Below are positions 1 to 10,167 of a DNA stretch of 27,426 bases, piece by piece (positions within the stretch are counted from its first letter, which is position 1; the number at the start of each line of letters is the position of its first letter). Made by a program: the position numbers and the translations under genes. Source of the stretch: Thiohalomonadales bacterium (GTDB taxonomy: Bacteria; Pseudomonadota; Gammaproteobacteria; SZUA-152); the NCBI GenBank assembly GCA_048061555.1, contig JBGMRO010000002.1:1-27426 (forward strand), given 5' to 3'. The notes beneath the pieces were generated by a model. The model ran no database searches and had not been told where the DNA came from. It saw only the letters and a program-made list of their open reading frames with translations.

Positions 1-486
1 GATCGCTATTTATGGCGGAGCTTGGAGCAAACACGTGCATGGCAAGAATGGAACCTGTTGGCAAAAATGCGTGAACTACAGCTACCGGTACCTCACCCCG
101 TAGCGGCGCAAGTGAAACGACAAGGGATGTTTTATCGTGCCGACCTGATTACTCAAAAATTAGACAATAGTAAATCTGTGGCCGATATTTTACGTAAAAA
201 AGAACTGACTCGAGAGAACTGGAAGCAGATCGGTGAGACGATTTGCCAATTTCATGATCACGGTATTTATCATTCCGATTTGAATGCCCACAATATAATG
301 ATTATTAATGAAAAGGATGTCTATTTGATAGATTTTGACAAATGTGGTGAACGTGAGCAGGCCGAGACATGGCGTCAGGAAAACCTGGCCCGATTGAATA
401 GGTCCCTATTGAAGCTGAAGGCGATGCACCAGGAGTTCTTTTTTAGTGAGAACGACTGGGCCTTATTACTAACGGGTTATGGCTAA
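1..486 (+). CDS. kdkA: 3-deoxy-D-manno-octulosonic acid (Kdo) kinase, 5' partial
   Basis: Frame is open from base 1 (DRYLWRSLEQTRAWQEW...). Kdo-kinase motifs LPVPHPVAA, YRADLIT, HSDLNAHNI, YLIDFDK and NLARLNRSL are present. Adjacent to waaA. Confidence 0.92.
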   Translation, partial: DRYLWRSLEQTRAWQEWNLLAKMRELQLPVPHPVAAQVKRQGMFYRADLITQKLDNSKSVADILRKKELTRENWKQIGETICQFHDHGIYHSDLNAHNIMIINEKDVYLIDFDKCGEREQAETWRQENLARLNRSLLKLKAMHQEFFFSENDWALLLTGYG

Positions 487-649
487 CTAGTGCTCGTTCA
501 TAAACGAGGATATTTTCCCAAGATCGACTGCTCTAATGCATCCATGCATTCGCAGCATAAGGCCATCCATGGCCAAAAGGCGTACCGATTTTTTAAAGCA
601 CAACGCAGATATTGGGGAAATAGACCGTTTGTGGATGGGCACTAACGGG

Positions 650-1921
650 TTATGGTGCGGGGACTAAGTAGGGTTGGATAATCTCAATATATTGTTCCAC
701 GACTGCGCTGAACTGCGACATGGTTTGCTTAGCATTATTACCGAGCACTGCGGCGCGGTGAGGGTCTTGTAGTAGTTGTTGGAGATGCGTATGCAGCTGG
801 GATACGTCTTCACATTGAATCAATCCATCTGCCTGTAGCAGTAGTTCGCACTCGTCAGAAAAATTTTCCATTGACGGACCGCAAATGATTGCCTTTCCTA
901 GCTGAGCGGGTTCTAGTATATTATGGCCGCCGTGTTTTACAAAACTTCCCCCGACAATAACCAAGTTAGCGAAGGCCAGAAAATTAGTCAGTTCGCCAAA
1001 GGTATCGGCGAGATAAACCCTTGTATCGGGTTGAATAGCATCTCCCAGGCTTCGAATAGCCACATTCGCGGTATATTTAGTGATAATTTTGGTGATTTTT
1101 TTACGTCGACGAGGATGGCGTGGGACGATGACTAATAGATAATTATCGTACCCCGGGTGCTGCCACATACGGGCAAACTGCTCTTCCTCATTATGATGAG
1201 TCGAAAATGCGACGATATAGGCTTGTGTTAAAATGGGTTTCATTTTTTCAATATCACAAAGCGATGGGCTGAATTTTAAATTTCCGACTACTTTTACGCG
1301 TTCGTTGCTAACACCCAGGCTTATGAATCTATCACCGTCGAGGCGAGAGCGCGCTAATACCGTGTCGATTTTTTTAATGCAATCACGATATAAATCCAAA
1401 ATCCAATGGGGCGCGTCCAGTGTGCGGTGGGAGATACGCCCATTGACAGTGATTAACGGTATGTCTTGGGCGTTTATCGCATTATATAAATTTGGCCAAA
1501 TTTCTGTTTCGATGATAAGCGCCGCTAAGGGTCTTGTGCTCGATAAAAAACGGTTGACAGCGTAAGTCCAATCTATCGGCAGATAGCAGGCACCACATAA
1601 GCCGCTTAAACGTGTTTTAATCGTCTGAAATCCCGTGGGAGTGGTCGTGGACATTAAGATTTGTTGATTGGGAAATTCTTGCCGCAGAGCCTTGACTAAG
1701 GGTATGGTAGCGATCACTTCACCGACAGATGCTGCATGAATCCAGATGGGTTTGTCAGATCTGTACCATTTTCCTATGCCGAGTCGTTGTAGCAGGAAGC
1801 GCAAATCGAGGTGGCGTACCGCAATCCACAGTACATATAAAGTCAGGGGTAGATATAATACGATTAAAATGACTTGATAACGCAGCTTGGCGGTCTTGAT
1901 ATCATCCCGACTATCGCTCAT
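650..1921 (-). CDS. waaA: Kdo transferase (GT30)
   Basis: Motifs IWIHAASVGEV, IETEIWPN, NGRIS, VPRHPRR, DTFGEL and GGHNILEPA. Start placed at ATG 1921 (GAGGA RBS 8 nt upstream) rather than the ORF-track 1936. Confidence 0.95.
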   Translation of the reverse strand: MSDSRDDIKTAKLRYQVILIVLYLPLTLYVLWIAVRHLDLRFLLQRLGIGKWYRSDKPIWIHAASVGEVIATIPLVKALRQEFPNQQILMSTTTPTGFQTIKTRLSGLCGACYLPIDWTYAVNRFLSSTRPLAALIIETEIWPNLYNAINAQDIPLITVNGRISHRTLDAPHWILDLYRDCIKKIDTVLARSRLDGDRFISLGVSNERVKVVGNLKFSPSLCDIEKMKPILTQAYIVAFSTHHNEEEQFARMWQHPGYDNYLLVIVPRHPRRRKKITKIITKYTANVAIRSLGDAIQPDTRVYLADTFGELTNFLAFANLVIVGGSFVKHGGHNILEPAQLGKAIICGPSMENFSDECELLLQADGLIQCEDVSQLHTHLQQLLQDPHRAAVLGNNAKQTMSQFSAVVEQYIEIIQPYLVPAP

Positions 1922-2822
1922 ACAGGCTTTCCTCACCGGGTGGGCGTGTCTTAAAGCGACGGTGTTGCCACAGGTATTGACCCGGTGATTCCCTTATCTG
2001 ATTTTCTATAATTTTATTTACGAGGGTAGCATCTGCGACAGGGTCGTTTGAAGGGAAGTTTTTCAATGCGGGTAGTATTTTTAAATCATAACCTTTATTG
2101 TCTCTGCGGCGACTAACAGAATACGGTACCACTAAGGCGTTGGCTATTTTTGCAAATCGTGAGGGTGCCGTAATGGTAGCGGCGGGTATGCCAAAAAAGG
2201 GTGCAAATACACCGCGACTGATACCTAAATCTTGGTCAGGTGCATACCAGCAGGTTAACTTATTCTTTAAGGCGCGAATAAAACCACGCAAGTCGTCTTG
2301 CGAAATAGCGCTTCCATAGCGGTTTTCTCGAGCGTTGGTTATTACCGTATTCAATACTCGATTGCGATTAGGTTTATACATGAACGCAAGCTGTGTGTAA
2401 CTTGATAATAGACGCCCACTGATTTCAGTGCTGGTAAAATGCCCGCTCAGCAATAGTATGCCGCGTTGTTGTCTTTCCGCATCGCGTAAATTTTCAAGCC
2501 CTTCAATGTGACACAACGCGGCTAATTTCTCATCACTAGCCCACCATGACATGGCTGTCTCAAATAGGGATATACCGACAGAGTGGAACGACTCACGCAC
2601 CAGGTCAGATCGCTGTCGCTGCGACAACTCTGGAAAACAAAGTTTGATATTGGTGCTAGCGATCTCGCATCGTCTGTGCATAAACCAATAACTCAGCTGG
2701 CCCAAGGCGCGGCCTATGCTGATCAATAGCGGATAGGGCAGCCGCACCAGTAGACGTAGACAAATGAGACCAAATTTTGTCCCCAATTGACCTGGCGGTA
2801 GTGATTTTTCCTGGGTGGACAC
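1911..2822 (-). CDS. lpxL: Lipid A biosynthesis lauroyl/late acyltransferase (LpxL/HtrB family)
   Basis: Catalytic region GHFTSTE, YAPDQDLG, FAPFFG and the C-terminal PGQYLWQHRRFKTRP signature. Overlaps waaA. Confidence 0.92.
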   Translation of the reverse strand: MSTQEKSLPPGQLGTKFGLICLRLLVRLPYPLLISIGRALGQLSYWFMHRRCEIASTNIKLCFPELSQRQRSDLVRESFHSVGISLFETAMSWWASDEKLAALCHIEGLENLRDAERQQRGILLLSGHFTSTEISGRLLSSYTQLAFMYKPNRNRVLNTVITNARENRYGSAISQDDLRGFIRALKNKLTCWYAPDQDLGISRGVFAPFFGIPAATITAPSRFAKIANALVVPYSVSRRRDNKGYDLKILPALKNFPSNDPVADATLVNKIIENQIRESPGQYLWQHRRFKTRPPGEESLYER

Positions 2823-2854
2823 TCACTGCTTCCTGAATGACAAGCAAAAAAAAA

Positions 2855-4213
2855 TCACTTCAGCCAATTTGTTATCTGCTCGAGATCTTGCGCCGAGACA
2901 TCGCCAGCGGCTTGTCTAAGTTTTAAGTTATCAATGACCAAGGTATAGCGGGCCTGGGCGTGAGAATTTTGCGAGAAAAACAATTCTCGACGAGAGATCA
3001 ATACATCAACCGTAGTCTTGGTGCCCACCTCAAAGCCCGCTTCGGTGGCACTTTGCGCACTCTCTCGAGAAATGACTGCCTGTTTCAGCGCCTTGACACG
3101 GCTGATGCCCGCAATCACATTCATATATGACTCACGTGCCGTTCGTTGTACGGAACGCCGCGCCTGCTCCAGGTTTTGTTTTGCTTGAGATAGTTGAAAA
3201 CCGGCTTGGCGAACTCTCGATCGTGTTGCACCACCTTCGTATAATGAATAACTCAAATTCAAATTAGCGGAGGTTCCGGTTGAATCAGATTTTTTAATAA
3301 AAATCGAATCTGATTCGTTTACATTGGCGTCGTAATTTACGGTTAAATTTAAGCGAGGATAGTAACCCGCTCGTGCGAAATTGATATTTTCTTTGGCGAT
3401 AGTTATACCTTGGGCAACTGACCGGATAATAAAACTTTGCTTAATGGCTAGATCAGTCCATTTATCTATATTGGCTGGTTTCGGTTCCAGTAACGGCGTA
3501 TCTTCCAATAGATGGGCGAGATTGTCGTGATAACGGCCCGTGACCTCGCGTAGAGACTCTCGCGCATTGGCCAAGTCATTTTCGGCCTGTATACCCGTTG
3601 CCAGGGAAAGGTCATAGCGTGCTTGCGCCTCGTGTACGTCGGTGATGGCCACGAGGCCGACATCAAATCGTTGTTTTGTTTGGTCGAGTTGGCGGGCGAT
3701 CGATTCGAGCTCTGCCTTCGCAAAACCGACCCCATCTTCGCCTGCCAAGACAGTAAAATATCGTACGGCGACCTTGATGATCAGTTTATGTCGTGCGGTG
3801 ACAAGATTGGCCTGCGCCTGCAATACGCTGGCATCGGCTATATCACTGAGGACAAAGTTTGTATAATTATAAAGTGGTAGGGACAGTTGCGCGCCGTAGC
3901 CGGTGGATTTGGGTTTAGTGGATCGTGTTACCGTAGTTTCCGTGAGCCTTGGTGGATCTGCCGATGGGGCTGGGGGTAGAGTGGTATCGGATGTGCTATC
4001 TGATTGGCTACCATTTGCGCTAAGCGTTACTGTTGGCAAATAATTCGCCAATGCAATCGACAGTTCTTCTTCGGTGGCATTTTCTATCTCTATCGCGGCC
4101 AGGTACTCCGGGTCATTCACCAAGGCAAGATTATAGATATCGAGCACGGTCTCTGCAAAGCTTGGACTACTAAAAAGGAGCAGGGCGAGTACAAAAAAAG
4201 AATGAATTTTCAT
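2855..4213 (-). CDS. tolC: TolC family outer membrane channel
   Basis: Signal peptide; RFDVGLVAITDVHEAQARYD, AGYYPRLNL and GFEVGTKTTVDVL motifs; classical pcm-tolC-waaA context. Confidence 0.93.
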   Translation of the reverse strand: MKIHSFFVLALLLFSSPSFAETVLDIYNLALVNDPEYLAAIEIENATEEELSIALANYLPTVTLSANGSQSDSTSDTTLPPAPSADPPRLTETTVTRSTKPKSTGYGAQLSLPLYNYTNFVLSDIADASVLQAQANLVTARHKLIIKVAVRYFTVLAGEDGVGFAKAELESIARQLDQTKQRFDVGLVAITDVHEAQARYDLSLATGIQAENDLANARESLREVTGRYHDNLAHLLEDTPLLEPKPANIDKWTDLAIKQSFIIRSVAQGITIAKENINFARAGYYPRLNLTVNYDANVNESDSIFIKKSDSTGTSANLNLSYSLYEGGATRSRVRQAGFQLSQAKQNLEQARRSVQRTARESYMNVIAGISRVKALKQAVISRESAQSATEAGFEVGTKTTVDVLISRRELFFSQNSHAQARYTLVIDNLKLRQAAGDVSAQDLEQITNWLK

Positions 4214-4287
4214 AAGTCGTCTAATGGTTAGTTGTGTGATAAATAGTTAAGAAATAGGCGTAGATAGCGGCTTGTCGTCCGGGTTAC

Positions 4288-4950
4288 TCAAAATACAAAT
4301 TTTTGCGGCATTTCCACGTTTTCGAGTGCAGGCAATACCGTTTCGAATAAACACTCGCGTTGAAACTCCGTAGCGGCGATGCGTTTGATCAGGTTGACTG
4401 ACATATTAGGTTGCTCGCCTTCTACGACAAAGAGTCTGCCATTGATGGCCAATTGGTTCTCTAGGACATCTGTGTGTAAGGGCAGGGACCCGGTCACCGC
4501 GATGACATCATAGGGGGCCTCGTCAGGCCAACCTTGGACGCCGTCTTGATTTAATATGGTCACATTATCGACGTTTTGTTCAGCGAGTCTTTTTTCCGCG
4601 CTATTTTTTAAAGACTCATAAATCTCTAGACTCCACACATGGCGGCCCAATTTCGCTAACAAGGCAGTGAGAAAACCGCTGCCGGTACCAATCTCTAATA
4701 TTTTATCTGTCGAGGTGATCGAAAGCGCCTGTAGTAGTCGTGCCTCCATGATAGGGCTCATCATAGTTTGCTGGTGTTCGATAGGAATGCTTATGTCGGC
4801 AAAGGCGAGTTGCTTGTATTCCTTAGGCACGTAGAGCTCTCTCGGCACGCTGGAGATGACGTCCAGGACGTGCGGGTCTAGTACCTCGGCAGGTCGAATC
4901 TGTTGCTCGATCATATTGAAGCGTGCTTGTTCTGTACTTACTTTATCCAT
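4288..4950 (-). CDS. pcm: Protein-L-isoaspartate O-methyltransferase (pcm-like paralog upstream of tolC)
   Basis: ARFNMIEQQIRP, VPRE, AFADI, SAM motif LEIGTGSGF and APYDVIAVTGS. Confidence 0.9.
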   Translation of the reverse strand: MDKVSTEQARFNMIEQQIRPAEVLDPHVLDVISSVPRELYVPKEYKQLAFADISIPIEHQQTMMSPIMEARLLQALSITSTDKILEIGTGSGFLTALLAKLGRHVWSLEIYESLKNSAEKRLAEQNVDNVTILNQDGVQGWPDEAPYDVIAVTGSLPLHTDVLENQLAINGRLFVVEGEQPNMSVNLIKRIAATEFQRECLFETVLPALENVEMPQKFVF

Positions 4951-5080
4951 GGTTTACCCTGTTCAATGCCCGATTATTATGTTCATGCAGTGTACTAAAC
5001 CTATTCGAAAGTTTCTATCGAGCGTGTTAGAATTCCCGCCCGGTACCATTCATTTAGAAATAAAAAATTAGGTTGAATAG

Positions 5081-7138
5081 TTGATATTTTTACCGCGCAG
5101 CATACGCTATTTAGGCATCATTGTCTTGATCCACGTAACGGTTTTTTCATTGCTGCGTGTGTTACTTTGGCGCTATTTTGATAGTCCCAGTGACCCTTTG
5201 TCCGGCATGGATAGCGCACAGGCACTCTATATAGGTTTTAAGTATGACCTTCGCGTAATACTGTTAGTCTTATTACCCCCGTTACTGTTGGGGCTGCGTG
5301 GGCCACTACGGCTGTTTAGTCCCTGGGGGAAGCGGGTCTGGCTGAGTTATTTTGTGATTGTGTTTTATATGATCATTACGCTCTCCGCGCTCAACTTTGG
5401 TTACTACGCCTATCTACAGCAGCCTTTGAACGCAACCATATTGCGTTTTTTTGGCAACCCTATGATATCTCTGACAATGTTGTGGCAAAGCTATCACATT
5501 GTTTTGATTATGTTGGGATTAATAACCGTTACTGCTGCGTATTTTTGGATTATACGTATTGCCTACGAGCGATTACAGGATGCACCCCAAAAGGACTATC
5601 GCCGACGCGGTAATATCGTACTCGGCAGCGTGATCTTCGTGCTCGTGGTAGGCGGATTGTACGGAAAATGGTCATATTATCCGCTGCGCTGGAGCGATGC
5701 CTATTTTTCTCCGCACCCCTTTGTCGCGGCTGTCAGTGTCAATCCGGTCTTACATCTCTATACGACTCTGAAAAATAGGCAAGTGACCTATAGTAAAAAA
5801 GAGGCGCAACGTTATTACCCACTAATGACAGATTATTTAGCGATAGACCAGCCTGATTCTGAAGCCCTATCCTATGTACGCCACCGAGAGGGGGGGGCGC
5901 TTGCACACAAACGTCCGAATGTCATCTTGGTCTTATTGGAGTCTTTTGCCAGTTACAAGACGAATTTGAGTGGCAACCCGTTAAATGCGACGCCCGTTAT
6001 TGCAGACGTGGCGGCGAATGCAATCTATTTTCGTAATTTCTTTGTACCACATACGGGCACCGCTCGTTCAGTATTCACCACGATTACCGGGTTACCCGAT
6101 GTCGAGGTTACCAAGACCTCGTCAAGAAACCCGCTGGTCGTCAATCAGCACAGTATCATGAATGATTTTGTGGACTATCAGCGTTTGTATTTTATTGGTG
6201 GTAGCGCGAGTTGGGGCAATATCCGTGGGCTACTCGCCCACAATATTGATGGACTGCAATTATATGAGGAGAATAATTACGAGTCACCGCGCAACGACGT
6301 ATGGGGGATATCGGATCTGGATCTATTTATAGAAGCGAATAAGGTCTTGGATAGGCTTTCTAGCTCACAAAAACAACCTTTTTTTGCCATAATTCAGACA
6401 TCGGGCAACCACCGGCCTTACACTATCCCAGACGATAAACACGGTTTCGTCTCTAGTCATCTCGATAAGGCCCAGCTCATCAAGCATGGTTTTGCTTCTC
6501 TGGCGGAATATAACTCGTTTCGGTTTATGGACTATAGTGTGGGTTATTTTCTCCAGCAGGCCAAACAAGCGGGTTATTTTGATAATACCCTGTTTGTATT
6601 TTATGGTGATCATGGTATCCATGCCGATACCGGGGCCCATATCCCGAAATGGGAGCAACAGTTAAGTATCCAGGGGCTGCGGGTGCCGCTATTGTTTTAT
6701 GGGCCAAAACTTATTCCAAGGGCACAAATTATTGATACGATTGCCAGTGAAATGGATGTGCTGCCAAGCATCGCGGGATTAGTTGCAAAACAATATATGA
6801 ATACTACACTGGGTAGAAACCTGTTTGATGACCGCTATGCACAGAGCCGTTATGCGTTTACGGTGACCCACGGAAATGGCCTAACACTGGGTTTGCTCAA
6901 TCAGGAATTTTATTATCAAATGCATGAAACAGGTAGCAACAGGAACTTATTTCAAATTCGTGCTGGCGATAAGTTTGTCGAGGATGCAAGAAAAAACGTT
7001 ATAAAAGATTTCCCAGAGCAGGCCCAAAAATTCGCGACCATGACCGAGGCCTTGTTTGAAACCGCCAAATACATGCGATATAACAATAAAGCTTATAAGA
7101 TGACCCCTGTACGAAATAAAGTGGATGCCACGAAGTGA
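5081..7138 (+). CDS. LTA synthase family / sulfatase-like phosphoglycerol-type transferase
   Basis: About five N-terminal TM segments, then an alkaline-phosphatase-superfamily domain: PNVILVLLESF, nucleophile region HTGTARS, TSGNHRPY, YGDHG, DVLPSI and GRNLF. Confidence 0.85.
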   Translation: MIFLPRSIRYLGIIVLIHVTVFSLLRVLLWRYFDSPSDPLSGMDSAQALYIGFKYDLRVILLVLLPPLLLGLRGPLRLFSPWGKRVWLSYFVIVFYMIITLSALNFGYYAYLQQPLNATILRFFGNPMISLTMLWQSYHIVLIMLGLITVTAAYFWIIRIAYERLQDAPQKDYRRRGNIVLGSVIFVLVVGGLYGKWSYYPLRWSDAYFSPHPFVAAVSVNPVLHLYTTLKNRQVTYSKKEAQRYYPLMTDYLAIDQPDSEALSYVRHREGGALAHKRPNVILVLLESFASYKTNLSGNPLNATPVIADVAANAIYFRNFFVPHTGTARSVFTTITGLPDVEVTKTSSRNPLVVNQHSIMNDFVDYQRLYFIGGSASWGNIRGLLAHNIDGLQLYEENNYESPRNDVWGISDLDLFIEANKVLDRLSSSQKQPFFAIIQTSGNHRPYTIPDDKHGFVSSHLDKAQLIKHGFASLAEYNSFRFMDYSVGYFLQQAKQAGYFDNTLFVFYGDHGIHADTGAHIPKWEQQLSIQGLRVPLLFYGPKLIPRAQIIDTIASEMDVLPSIAGLVAKQYMNTTLGRNLFDDRYAQSRYAFTVTHGNGLTLGLLNQEFYYQMHETGSNRNLFQIRAGDKFVEDARKNVIKDFPEQAQKFATMTEALFETAKYMRYNNKAYKMTPVRNKVDATK

Positions 7139-8532
7139 AACCTCTCGGCAAGAAAATTAAAATAGTTCTATCCGGTCTTTTTGTGATTGCTGCGTTGAGT
7201 ATCGCTATTTTTCCAGCACAGCAACAGATCGTTAGTCCACGTTTGACCCTGCCAGTGATAAAACTCGCCGGGCAATCGTTTGAAATTGAAGTGCGTCACT
7301 CGGTAGGTTTTAGTTTCTCTGACTGGCAGGTGGGCTTGATCGATTATAAAGGTGATGCCGTTGCATTGCCGGTATTGGACACGTCGATCGGTTTTGGGGT
7401 TTCCAGGCTAATCGTCAGTTTGCCGCAGTCGATGGTGACGGGACAATACACACTGGTGCTCGGTGATTCTCTACCCAGCAATACGCTGTTTAGTAAGAAC
7501 GCAGTCTATGTGCGTGACCACATGCCTGAAGATATTTCGATTATTCAATTGGCAGATTTACCAACCCTAGGTGGAGATGAAAGTGGGGATAAGGCATTAG
7601 AAGGTATAATTGAAGAGATCAATATCATCAATCCTGACGTCGTCTTGTTTAGTGGAGATCTGGCCTATGGCGGTAGCTGGGATCAGTACCGGCGTTTGCT
7701 AGCATTGCTCGAACAACTTGAAGTACCACTCATCACCGTGCCGGGCAACCATGCCTATTATGGATGGGCGGGTTATCTTAGTTTACTCGGTAGACCCTAC
7801 CACCAGGTCGAGTTGGGTGATTATCAATTTATTGGTCTGAATAGTGGTCACGGGCGTGACCAGATGACCATGAGTCAGCTACGCTGGCTGGAGACTACCG
7901 TGAGTCAATCTCCGGCCAAGCATCGTATCTTACAATTACATCACCCAATACATCATCCGGAAGATTTAGGCGGCTATTTGCGCGCGAATCGACACAGATT
8001 ATTGCGGATTATCGAACAGAGTGAGGTCGCCATTGTATTATCGGGACACTGGCATGGCGATTCGGTTTATGACGATACCGGTACACTGCGTACCGACAGC
8101 TGGGATTTTACAGGCACTCCATTCGTAGTAACGACCACGGCGGGTGCGGACCTTCGCCCGAACTATTCGAACTCACCGTTGCACTTTGGGTATCGGTTGA
8201 TACGTTTCGTCAATGGTGTATTGGAAAATTACACCTATGATTACGATGGCGATGGAAGCAGGGATGCGACAAGTTCCATTCCTGTCGGCAAGTTAAAGGT
8301 CGTGCCACGTGGGCGTTATGGCGTCGGTGTACATAACGAGCTTAACGAAGGTTTTCTAAATGCCCGCGTAAAGATACATATACCCGATGCGGACAACAAT
8401 TATCTACCAAACCGAGGCAAGGTCGAAAACGTGATAAGAAAAGACGGCGAATCCATTTATTCGATCTTGGTCGATATACCCGCTAATCGCAAGACTGCCA
8501 TATCTATGGTGCAAGAAGGTTACAATGATTAA
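7135..8532 (+). CDS. Exported calcineurin-like metallophosphoesterase with atypical motif I
   Basis: N-terminal hydrophobic segment; motifs ADLP (normally DxH), GDL, GNH, HHP and GHWH. GTGA overlap with the upstream stop. Confidence 0.8.
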   Translation: MKPLGKKIKIVLSGLFVIAALSIAIFPAQQQIVSPRLTLPVIKLAGQSFEIEVRHSVGFSFSDWQVGLIDYKGDAVALPVLDTSIGFGVSRLIVSLPQSMVTGQYTLVLGDSLPSNTLFSKNAVYVRDHMPEDISIIQLADLPTLGGDESGDKALEGIIEEINIINPDVVLFSGDLAYGGSWDQYRRLLALLEQLEVPLITVPGNHAYYGWAGYLSLLGRPYHQVELGDYQFIGLNSGHGRDQMTMSQLRWLETTVSQSPAKHRILQLHHPIHHPEDLGGYLRANRHRLLRIIEQSEVAIVLSGHWHGDSVYDDTGTLRTDSWDFTGTPFVVTTTAGADLRPNYSNSPLHFGYRLIRFVNGVLENYTYDYDGDGSRDATSSIPVGKLKVVPRGRYGVGVHNELNEGFLNARVKIHIPDADNNYLPNRGKVENVIRKDGESIYSILVDIPANRKTAISMVQEGYND

Positions 8533-9607
8533 GACGTTATTAGCTTACCAGTTTGTATTTTTATTGGCTCCTGCGCTGATCATTTCCATGGCCGTATTTG
8601 GCTCTGATTTCAAGGGGCCGACGGGCTGGGTGCATGTCGTCGCCTGGTCGATTATTTCAATATTGCATATATTACGTCGCTGGTGGGCGGCCAAAGTATC
8701 GGCTGGCATAATGCGGATATTATTGATCATTGCTATCCCCATAGGCGTGCTCGCCTATCGGCAGATCCATCTCGATATCTGGGACGAACATAATCTATCA
8801 CAAGCAATATTGATCAGCTTGCTGGCCGTATTGGCGTATCTCGGCAGTGTGTTCGCCACGCTTGCGGACGATGGCAGCGAGAGTGGCCACTTTAGCGATA
8901 AATATCAGCTTGAGATGGTCCTGATTATATTTTCCGTGTGTTGGCTGGTTGCGCTGATGTATCCGCAGATTGCCTTTTTTGCGGTTGTGTTGATATTGGG
9001 CTTGGCGGCAATTTGGCTTTCCTGGTCACGCCGAGTGCAGGCACGGGCAAGTTCGATAGACGATAAATTCACAATCTTAGATAAAACCCAGGATACAAAA
9101 TACTGGGGGATCAGGTACCTGGTGTTCGTGCTGTATCTCGATGCCGGTTTGGTGGTCTGGGACTATAAGGTGAATCTGGTCTGGGCTGGGCATCTGGCGG
9201 TGGTATTGTTGGCCGCGGCCTTGGGCGTATTGTTTAGCCGATTTTTGAGTGGCCGGCAACTAGCCGATCACAAACGTCAACTCTTTTGGGTCTACATGTT
9301 GGTGGGCATCAATATGGCCGTGGCGATGAGCATACCGACCTATGTTATTAGTACCGTGCATACGTTTCTGCTCGGCCTAGGTCTGGGGGTCGTAATTGCT
9401 CACTTGAGTGCGAGCAAGCAAGGGCAGCCGGCGCTGCTACACATTACAGCCTTGTGGCCTTTTGTCGTTTTAGGCCTAGTCGTCGGTTATGCCTTTTATG
9501 CACAGCTGAGTCTGGCGGCTTGGCGTATTCTCTTTGTGATACCGCTACTCATTATCGCCGTGAAGATAATCTTAAAGACACGCGCCGCAGTACAATCTCC
9601 GTCTTAG
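8525..9607 (+). CDS. Multi-pass integral membrane protein of unknown function
   Basis: 360 aa ORF with roughly 10-12 hydrophobic segments; overlaps the preceding gene by 8 nt. Confidence 0.75.
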   Translation: MIKTLLAYQFVFLLAPALIISMAVFGSDFKGPTGWVHVVAWSIISILHILRRWWAAKVSAGIMRILLIIAIPIGVLAYRQIHLDIWDEHNLSQAILISLLAVLAYLGSVFATLADDGSESGHFSDKYQLEMVLIIFSVCWLVALMYPQIAFFAVVLILGLAAIWLSWSRRVQARASSIDDKFTILDKTQDTKYWGIRYLVFVLYLDAGLVVWDYKVNLVWAGHLAVVLLAAALGVLFSRFLSGRQLADHKRQLFWVYMLVGINMAVAMSIPTYVISTVHTFLLGLGLGVVIAHLSASKQGQPALLHITALWPFVVLGLVVGYAFYAQLSLAAWRILFVIPLLIIAVKIILKTRAAVQSPS

Positions 9608-10167
9608 TATGGAGCGCTACACGACACTGGCATGCGTTGCCTGTGTAACACTCAACATACTTATATTCCCTGAAAATTGATGCGTCTATACAAAAAATTT
9701 TTCAGATTGGTAGGAACTATCGATCCATGAAAAGCGTTTATTATATAATTGAAATTGCTTTGTGCCTATTCATGTGGTTCTACTTTGCCTTAAAAAGGAC
9801 TTTAAAATCACTTTAAACCGTGTATAGTAATATTTATGGGTTGACTACGGCGCTTATTCTTCATTTTTACCGTCGAGCTTAACCTGCAAATTTAGTCGTG
9901 CCGACAAGGTAATTAAAGTTTGTATTTTGCTAGCAGTTATTGCCTTATAAGTAATACGTAAGATTATGACCGGTAATCACGTAAGTAGTAAGAAGGGCGC
10001 TGCGGCGTGCTAACGTCGACATGTCCATGCCGATAAGTCGGTCCTGGCATTTGAGCGCTATTAGCGTAATAGTTAGAAAGGAAGCACTAGGATTAGCTTG
10101 TAGTCAATTTTATCTAGTTCGGCACAGTTGCCGAGTAGATACTTAAGTAGTAATTAGGGAGAGTAAT

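Noticed and set aside
2846-2854. A9 homopolymer at the tolC stop
   Set aside because: Intergenic, with no upstream GC stem; neither a frameshift switch nor a clear terminator.
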